Virus record (IMG/VR): IMGVR_UViG_3300043540_000321
Coordinates: 96,001-160,000 of that record
Strand: one strand, 5' to 3'
Length of the DNA stretch: 64,000 nucleotides
From: a virus
The translations under genes were made by a program, and so were the position numbers. Shown in pieces: positions 57,874 through 64,000 of the stretch; position 1 is the stretch's first letter; every line of letters starts with the position of its first letter. Below the pieces are notes generated by a model. The model saw only the letters and a list, made by a program, of their open reading frames with translations. It was not told the origin of the DNA and did not search any database.

Positions 57874-57906
57874 TAAACCCTGGGTTTACAGACCCAGGGT
57901 TTTTTA
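57874..57906 (+). terminator. intrinsic terminator
   Basis: AAACCCTGGGT-TTACAG-ACCCAGGGTTT followed by a T run. Confidence 0.65.
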
Positions 57907-57918
57907 AGGAGAAATTTT

Positions 57919-58293
57919 ATGGACTTTTTACCGGAAGAGCTGACAAAAGAACCCATCGTCGACCTGATTAGACTCTTCGAGTCTCGCCATCAAGCGAGCA
58001 TCGACTCCTTCTGGAGAATCAATAGACAATGCAGAGTTAATGCAGGTCGCGATGTTGCTGTTGAAATTTTCTATAGCAACACTACTCGGTATGTTCAAAT
58101 TTACGAACGGGGTAGTGATGAGTATTTCCTCTACGCTCTGTTACAAGGTGGCATTCGGATTTTAGGAGCGAAAGCAAAGTCTATAGATTTCGTCATCAAT
58201 CTGTTAGAGACAGCGGTTGACCACTTCGACCACCGTTATCAGTTCGTCGATCCAGACCGTCCGGTCGTTGACTCTGCCGTTGGAGTGTCTTAA
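57919..58293 (+). CDS. hypothetical protein
   Basis: AAGGAG RBS, 124 aa. Confidence 0.65.
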   Translation: MDFLPEELTKEPIVDLIRLFESRHQASIDSFWRINRQCRVNAGRDVAVEIFYSNTTRYVQIYERGSDEYFLYALLQGGIRILGAKAKSIDFVINLLETAVDHFDHRYQFVDPDRPVVDSAVGVS

Positions 58294-58816
58294 ACGCGGC
58301 ATGACTTCGCGGGTCTATGAAAGAGTGGTGAATCTGATGCAGACTTTCCCTCAAAATGTTGCGGATGGTCAGCCGCAGCTCTTCGTCTTGATCGGAGCGG
58401 TTCTCCTGAGCTAAGTGAATAATGTTCTTCACCACGTCCAGGCGACGTTGGATCTCCTCCGGACAGACCAGGGGTGCGTGTCCTTCCTGCTCCTCTCGCA
58501 TAGGCGACAAAATCTCCTCAAAGACCCATTTCCACAGCGGGAGGGCGAGAGGAGACTTGCTGCACCCAATCACATAGTACAAACCGCCCTCAAGCAGGGT
58601 ATAAACGGACTGTTCGCCGGATGTTGTCTGAACCACTCTGAGCGATTGCCACTCTTTGGGCACTTTTGCCATTAAAGGGGCGATGGCCTCATTTCGACGA
58701 TCTTTCACGTCGTAGAGCAGAGGCAAAATATCGCTGGCAAACCATTCAGGCTTATCAATGGTTCCTATGAATCGAATGCTGTATTGCCCCTGGAAGACAA
58801 AAGTTTGTGGAAGCAT
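58196..58816 (-). CDS. BRO-N domain protein
   Basis: FVFQGQYSIRFIG..PEWFASDI...TTSGEQSVYTLLEGGLYYVI..SKSPLALPLWKWVFEEIL. Confidence 0.8.
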   Translation of the reverse strand: MLPQTFVFQGQYSIRFIGTIDKPEWFASDILPLLYDVKDRRNEAIAPLMAKVPKEWQSLRVVQTTSGEQSVYTLLEGGLYYVIGCSKSPLALPLWKWVFEEILSPMREEQEGHAPLVCPEEIQRRLDVVKNIIHLAQENRSDQDEELRLTIRNILRESLHQIHHSFIDPRSHAAFKTLQRQSQRPDGLDRRTDNGGRSGQPLSLTD

Positions 58817-59056
58817 TTTTTTTTGAACTGTTCAAGATTTGCCTCCATTCTGCCAAAATTTGAGACTTCTGAAAATAGGGAATTTGAGCCATTTTCCTTT
58901 TTTTAGAGAAAAACCAATATAGGACCCAGCGCGATTTTTTTCGAGATCTGAATTTTTTCCAATTTCGCCTACTAAACAAAATCGAACGATTTTCAAGGCG
59001 ATGACTTTCGCTAAATTGGAGGTAGGTGATTCCTTATTTACTTATAGTGCAGAGTT

Positions 59057-59875
59057 ATGAAACTGAAATTCGCGTGGTGGCAACTGTTTGGGTGTGTTTT
59101 AGGGATTGTTGCGACGACTGTTCCGGCTGACACCGCCGTCCTTTATCACGAACCCTCTGACAATGGGGGCTATGGGTACGTTGACCATCGTGAAGACTTC
59201 CATCGGGAAGCCAGAGTCTTTTACAGAAACGGATTACTCCTCAGAGAGCATCCAGGCTGGGGCGAGGTGTTTGGACATCTTGACTACCTCGATCGCATTG
59301 TTGTGATTCAGTGTGCGGGCAGACATAAGCATCGTCCCTGGGTGAAGGTCTACGTTCCGCAGTTAGGTGTGGTGGGATATGTCGCGGCGAACAATCTCGA
59401 GCAGACCTTCGCAGACCAATGCCCAGGATTAATAAAACCGTGGGATGAGATCGCCGGAGGCCCAGACTACTGGAGAAACGTCGGTGATCGAGATGGGGAC
59501 GACAGCGATTGGTATCGAACGGGTAGACATCACCATCACCGCCGTCGTGATTGTGACGATCCTTGCGAAGAGCAAGAGCCTAAGTGCGATAATGGAGCTG
59601 TACCACAGCCTGCCCCTTCTCCATCTCCATCTACTCCACCCGACAGAGATGATGGGGGAGCTAATATCTTTCGTTCGCAGCGTCGTGTTCCAATTCATAA
59701 TCGATTCGATTTACCTGTTGATGACGATGGCTGTCCTCGAGTTACTGCTATTGTTTCTGAGGATAATCTCTCAAACCTAGCTGAGGTTAATGACCTTAGC
59801 TGCGATATCCAGACTGCGTGTTATCGGCAAGAGTTAAAGACCTACCATAGGGTGCCCGCCAGCCCTCTGCTCTAG
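59057..59875 (+). CDS. secreted SH3b-domain protein, C-terminus probably replaced by inserted omegaRNA sequence
   Basis: Signal peptide; LLLREHPGWG...WVKVYVPQLGVVGYVAANNL SH3-like segment; His-rich linker. Confidence 0.6.
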   Translation: MKLKFAWWQLFGCVLGIVATTVPADTAVLYHEPSDNGGYGYVDHREDFHREARVFYRNGLLLREHPGWGEVFGHLDYLDRIVVIQCAGRHKHRPWVKVYVPQLGVVGYVAANNLEQTFADQCPGLIKPWDEIAGGPDYWRNVGDRDGDDSDWYRTGRHHHHRRRDCDDPCEEQEPKCDNGAVPQPAPSPSPSTPPDRDDGGANIFRSQRRVPIHNRFDLPVDDDGCPRVTAIVSEDNLSNLAEVNDLSCDIQTACYRQELKTYHRVPASPLL

Positions 59876-59987
59876 AACTGAACAGTTAAACAGGAACAGG
59901 GTTTGTATAAATGTCCAGTGCTGTTTGGAAAGTACCGACCGATAACAATGTCGAGGCAAACATTACAAGAAATTGGCACTCACAACC
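59805..59987 (+). ncRNA. omegaRNA/HEARO-like remnant of an IscB element
   Basis: GTTATCGGCAAGAGTTAAAGACCTACC...GCTCTAGAAC...GTTAAACAGG...CCAGTGC...GAAAGTACCGACCGATAAC..TGTCGAGGC matches my recollection of cyanobacterial iscB leaders; directly precedes the PLMP-containing ORF. Confidence 0.65.
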
Positions 59988-60110
59988 ATGAGTAATTTCG
60001 TTTTTGTATTGGATACGAATCGAAAACCTCTGACTCCTTGCAAACCTTCAAAGGCGAGAATGCTATTGAAAGCGAGCAAGGCAGCAGTTTTCCGGCGGTA
60101 TCCGTGTTGA
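59988..60110 (+). pseudogene. iscB: iscB N-terminal fragment (PLMP/RRXRR region)
   Basis: MSNFVFVLDTNRKPLTPCKPSKARMLLKASKAAVFRRYP, then an abrupt stop. Confidence 0.85.
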
Positions 60111-60227
60111 GGGGCTGACAGTAGACCTTAACTGTGAAACTGCGCCTATCCGCTATACCTTAAAAGACTTCAAGTATACCGTTGCTGAAGACGCATTAAG
60201 TCATGCCACAACGCAAAACTGAGCGGT

Positions 60228-60360
60228 CACGTACCCCGCTCTGAAGAGACGGGGCTTGAATAAACTCTCGCCAAAGAGTTGCCTCAAGACTAAACGCGAG
60301 ACTAGACGCTACGGGCAACCGTAGGTCAACCAACTGAACGATTTACTGCCCGTACGACAG
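60228..60360 (-). mobile_element. IS200/IS605-family end remnant (subterminal hairpin)
   Basis: Minus strand CAAGCCCCGTCTCTTCAGAGCGGGGTACGTGAC, plus a CTACGGTTGCCCGTAG hairpin; no transposase. Confidence 0.5.
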
Positions 60361-60398
60361 TGTAGAAGAGTGTGTTATTCCAGATCCAGGAGCTTGAT

Positions 60399-61040
60399 AT
60401 GGGAAACCGAATTACAACCGAGTACAAACCAGGCAAAGGTGACTTGGGGTACTCCGAAATCATGCACGGGCTGGTCTTGAGGAAAGACCACCCTGCTTGT
60501 GAGGTGCAAGGTGCCTTCGAGGAAGTTCGGTCGGCGATCGAGTCTGTGTTGGTATTAGACCCAACCGTTCAGGACTGTAACTTAAAAGATGTTCTCATAT
60601 ACATCGATCGAAATATATTCTCCTTAGGTTCCTTCTGCTACAAGAAGGGAGATTCTAGCCGGCATGTGTTGCCTGAGTCTTTATTAAATTTTCTGAACCA
60701 GGAGACCGAACGTTTGAAGCAGACGTTAGGTAACTGCCCGGACTTTGTAGGGTATTCTCATCCTCTTCTTGTCGCCCTCGACCGGTGTCGAGTCGAGGTG
60801 AGGAAAGCTGAGCGTCGCTATAATGCGTGGAGATTCTGCGATGAGATGACAACTCATGTCGTCTACAACAATCATCTAGAGGGCAACATCTGCCTGCACG
60901 CCGCTATCCTCAATCGCTTAAGTGCCTACTTATTCGAGGCAACCCGGCAAGAGGCTATGTTCCTTGTAGCTACGGGGCTAAATGCCGAGCCTCGAGTCTG
61001 GCAATCAGAAGTCGAACCCTTCTGTACCACATCAATCTAG
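60399..61040 (+). CDS. pduO: PduO-type ATP:cob(I)alamin adenosyltransferase
   Basis: GKGDLGYS..LRKDH...QGAFEEVRSAI...DRCRVEVRKAERR...LNRLSAYLFEATR. Confidence 0.75.
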   Translation: MGNRITTEYKPGKGDLGYSEIMHGLVLRKDHPACEVQGAFEEVRSAIESVLVLDPTVQDCNLKDVLIYIDRNIFSLGSFCYKKGDSSRHVLPESLLNFLNQETERLKQTLGNCPDFVGYSHPLLVALDRCRVEVRKAERRYNAWRFCDEMTTHVVYNNHLEGNICLHAAILNRLSAYLFEATRQEAMFLVATGLNAEPRVWQSEVEPFCTTSI

Positions 61041-61129
61041 CTCCAGTAAATCGATCACAATTCTTCAGACGTTCTCTCTTAAGTTGAGGGAACGTCTGAT
61101 TTTTGCAACCCTACACCCAACGACGACCT

Positions 61130-64000
61130 ATGTACGACCTCCGTTACGTCGATGTTATAAACCCGATCTACCTGACAAAGGAATTCTTAGAGCCCTACGC
61201 AGCAAAGGAACCTCCCTTCGCAAATGCCGTCGCCCTCATCACAGCGATGAGAACTTACCTTCGCTTCGTCGACGAGTTCGGGCGGCGGGAGAAGTGGTGG
61301 GAGATGTGTCTCCGAGTTACGGAGTACAGCCTGTCTCTATACCGTGGACCCGCCTCGTTTGAAGAACTGAAGAAGGAGGCTGAGGAGTTCTTCGATCACA
61401 TCTTCAACCTGAAGATATTTCCTGCCGGCAGAACGATGTGGATTGGCGGAACGAAAGTTACCGACACCGACGGAACGAGCAACATGAATTGCAGCTTCAG
61501 AGTGATAGACTCTCTCGATGCCTATTCGGAGATGCTCTACCTATCTCTCTGTGGGTCTGGAACCGGGTTTTCTGTAGAACGACGATACGTTGATAAATTA
61601 CCCAAGTTGATTGTTCCTGAGGTAATCCACCAACCGTACAACCCTAAACCAAAGGACAAGCGGTACGAGAACACGATCGTTAAGGTTGGGACGAAGGAGT
61701 TCTCTCTTCGAACTCCTTATCTAATTAATAAATTTGACAGTTGCCTGGAGCGTCATGCCGACTCTGTCTCTGCCTTCGAGGCATCCATCACCGTCGGGGA
61801 TAGCAAAGTCGGCTGGGCTGTAGCCGTCAAGGCTCTTTTAAGACTGCTGACTTGTTATTCCATCAAGCAGATCATCATTAACTACGACAGCATTCGAAGG
61901 GCTGGCGAGAGGTTGATGACGTTCGGCGGGCGAGCGTCTGGGCCCGACCCTCTCCGTTGGTCGATCGGGCGCGTGATGGAAATTATTAAAGCGTGTGACG
62001 GAAGGTTGAGTTCGAGGGATGCGATGGATATCTCCAACATCCTCGGGTTCGCTGTCGTATCGGGTGGCGTCCGGCGCACCGCTCAGATTACCCTGGGAGA
62101 CATAGACGATGTGGACTTCATCACGGCCAAGTATGGGCTGTGGGATGAGAAAAACCACCCCGAGCTGAAGATATTCCAGGAAACGAGATCGCTCAGCAAC
62201 AACTCCGTCCATGTGTGGAAGAAGCCACCGCTGAAACAACTTAAGGATATTCTTGCTCGCGCTCGGTACAACGGCGAGCCCGGATTCTACATCGCAGAAA
62301 ACGCGCTGAAGCGTCATCCTAGATACAAGGGTACTAACCCATGTGGAGAGATCTTGCTGGACTCTTCTCAAACTTGTAACTTGTGTGAGGTAGTCGTTTC
62401 AGCCTTTGTCAAGAACGGTCGCTTCCAGTACAAAGAGTTCGAGTACGCTCTGCGTTTAGCCACTCGCCACGGCAGCCGAATTACTAATATTCAGATGTGG
62501 CATCCCGATTGGGATGTCATCCAAAAACGCGATCGCCTGCTCGGTGTCTCTCTAACCGGACAGGTTGACGCTTGGCAGATGTTGGGCTGGGCGTATCAGA
62601 TTAATGAAAGTGGATCCTACACCCACGGCACAGACGAGCGCGTCCAGGATGTGCTTCACCTGGCGAAGCAAGCTGTTCGAACGGAGGCTGATAGCTATCA
62701 TGCCGAGATGGGCATCCCTCAGTCGTTGTTAACAACATGCGTCAAACCCAGTGGTTGTAGACCCTGGAATGCTTTAACGACAACAGACCAAGGGGTATTA
62801 ACTTTGGAGGAGTTGTTGGAGAAGCACCCAGACGATAAGGTTTGGGGTGATATGGAGGGGTACAGAGCAGTAAATGAGGGAGTGCTGAGCAAAATTACCA
62901 AGTCATATAATAACGGAGTCGAAACTGTACACGACATACAGCTCTCTCTAGGGTTTAGACTTCAGTCAACCGGAAATCACCGCTGGTTTGTGAAAGAACG
63001 AGTAGTGCGTTCGGCAAACTCTAAGAGACGATTGGTACGATTGGTAGATGTGCATCAGTGGGTCGAAACTAAAGACCTTCAACCAGGAGATGTAATAGAA
63101 GTTCGGCCGAACACCTACAACAAAGTTGAAGAGGCCCCTCTACAGAGAGTAAATAAGCTTGCTTTTTCTATGCGGAACGATGCAACGCCTATCCTCCAAC
63201 CAGACCGAATGAACCCAGAACTCGGCTGGTTGTTAGGGTACCTCTGGGGAAATGGAGCCATGTCTCAGGGTGGATATAGAATCCGGTTTGTGGACGAGCT
63301 GCAAACCAAGTTAGAAAAGGTCGAACAGATATTGAGAAGTCAATTTGGTATTGACAGCTCTGTTCGAAAGTTAAATGACCGCAAGGCATTTTCTTTAGAG
63401 GTGGGTAGCAAACATCTATGGCACTGGCTGATAAAGAACGAGGTATGGAAGTACTATGCTGATGGGTTGGACATTATTCCAAAAATAGTGCGCTCTTCAT
63501 CGAGGGAAACTATTATTGCGTTCATTGCTGGTCTAGTTGACTCGGATGGATGGGTAGGTTACTCGAGAAAAGAACAACAGGTAAAAACTGTAGTCTTGTC
63601 GAGCGCGTACGACCTATTTGCAGAACATCTTCAGCATGTAGCTCTATCTGTGGGTTTGTGTATCGGAAGGTCGCTAAACTCAAAGGGAGATAACCTACAG
63701 GAACAAAAACATATCTGGTTGATGGGGTTCAACCAATATTCCGATTCAGAAAGTTTTGAAATTCTTTCAAAACACTCTCTGAAGATTCAATCCATCTACC
63801 ATTTACCTGGTAGATGGGTTCATGAAAACCCTGCCCGGAATACTAAACCTCTAGGAGAGGTTATATCGATACAAGAAAGTGGCGAAATGCCTACCTTCGA
63901 TATCGAAGTCGAAAACACTCACTGGTACTATGCCGGAGCGTTTAAGAGTCATAACACCGTTAGCCTGGTCGCTGGCTGTAGCTCGGGTGCTCATATGGGA
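61130..64000 (+). CDS. nrdJ: class II (AdoCbl-dependent) ribonucleotide reductase with intein; runs off the right edge
   Basis: Not in the ORF track (no stop in window). FPAGRTMWIGG, NCSF, GSGTGFSVE, GDSKVGW, FGGRASGP, GGVRRTAQI, TNPCGEI and TCVKPSG|T motifs. Confidence 0.92.
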   Translation, partial: MYDLRYVDVINPIYLTKEFLEPYAAKEPPFANAVALITAMRTYLRFVDEFGRREKWWEMCLRVTEYSLSLYRGPASFEELKKEAEEFFDHIFNLKIFPAGRTMWIGGTKVTDTDGTSNMNCSFRVIDSLDAYSEMLYLSLCGSGTGFSVERRYVDKLPKLIVPEVIHQPYNPKPKDKRYENTIVKVGTKEFSLRTPYLINKFDSCLERHADSVSAFEASITVGDSKVGWAVAVKALLRLLTCYSIKQIIINYDSIRRAGERLMTFGGRASGPDPLRWSIGRVMEIIKACDGRLSSRDAMDISNILGFAVVSGGVRRTAQITLGDIDDVDFITAKYGLWDEKNHPELKIFQETRSLSNNSVHVWKKPPLKQLKDILARARYNGEPGFYIAENALKRHPRYKGTNPCGEILLDSSQTCNLCEVVVSAFVKNGRFQYKEFEYALRLATRHGSRITNIQMWHPDWDVIQKRDRLLGVSLTGQVDAWQMLGWAYQINESGSYTHGTDERVQDVLHLAKQAVRTEADSYHAEMGIPQSLLTTCVKPSGCRPWNALTTTDQGVLTLEELLEKHPDDKVWGDMEGYRAVNEGVLSKITKSYNNGVETVHDIQLSLGFRLQSTGNHRWFVKERVVRSANSKRRLVRLVDVHQWVETKDLQPGDVIEVRPNTYNKVEEAPLQRVNKLAFSMRNDATPILQPDRMNPELGWLLGYLWGNGAMSQGGYRIRFVDELQTKLEKVEQILRSQFGIDSSVRKLNDRKAFSLEVGSKHLWHWLIKNEVWKYYADGLDIIPKIVRSSSRETIIAFIAGLVDSDGWVGYSRKEQQVKTVVLSSAYDLFAEHLQHVALSVGLCIGRSLNSKGDNLQEQKHIWLMGFNQYSDSESFEILSKHSLKIQSIYHLPGRWVHENPARNTKPLGEVISIQESGEMPTFDIEVENTHWYYAGAFKSHNTVSLVAGCSSGAHMG
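62756..63955 (+). mobile_element. 400-aa intein with LAGLIDADG homing endonuclease
   Basis: Inserted at KPSG/TVS; starts with Cys (CRPWNAL), ends KSHN before Thr; LGWLLGYLWGNG and FIAGLVDSDG motifs. Confidence 0.92.

Noticed and set aside
58817-59050. A/T-tract-rich intergenic DNA as an origin
   Set aside because: Adequately explained as a divergent promoter region between the BRO and SH3 genes; no iterons seen.
1-64000. CRISPR array
   Set aside because: No regularly spaced direct repeats with unique spacers were seen.
1-64000. Genome-wide stop-codon reassignment suggested by the UUA tRNA
   Set aside because: Long genes are intact in the standard code and many end in TAA or TAG with tightly coupled neighbours.

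Overview
The window is a 64 kb internal piece of a large tailed phage, probably with a contractile tail (PAAR spike gene). The host is most likely a cyanobacterium: the HIP1 palindrome GCGATCGC is abundant, and there are cyanobacterial-type IS and IscB remnants. 1-18 kb is a morphogenesis block: a Mu gpI-like protease/scaffold running off the left edge, a DUF935-like portal, a tail chaperone pair with a lambda-type GGGAAAG -1 frameshift, a 3395-aa protein with a PLD-like domain and an RNA-polymerase-like GDYDGD motif, and PAAR. 18.7-23.5 kb holds a dNMP kinase and a membrane/cell-wall module (lysozyme-like protein, inactive and intact VanX-like peptidases, site-2 protease). 23.8-34.6 kb looks like an early operon, with three hairpin + type III hammerhead ribozyme cassettes, a 1442-aa single-chain two-barrel RNA polymerase and a Pif1/RecD-like helicase. 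35-59 kb is mostly short hypothetical ORFs, plus an IS remnant, a tRNA with a UUA anticodon, a tandem HNH gene and BRO-like genes. 59-64 kb holds an omegaRNA/IscB fragment, a PduO-type cobalamin adenosyltransferase and a class II ribonucleotide reductase with a LAGLIDADG intein. The strongest candidates for a new system are the hammerhead cassettes, which sit between early genes and pair with the downstream Shine-Dalgarno sequences, and the two-polymerase design. All calls come from manual motif reading; no database searches or folding programs were run, and motif counts are by eye.
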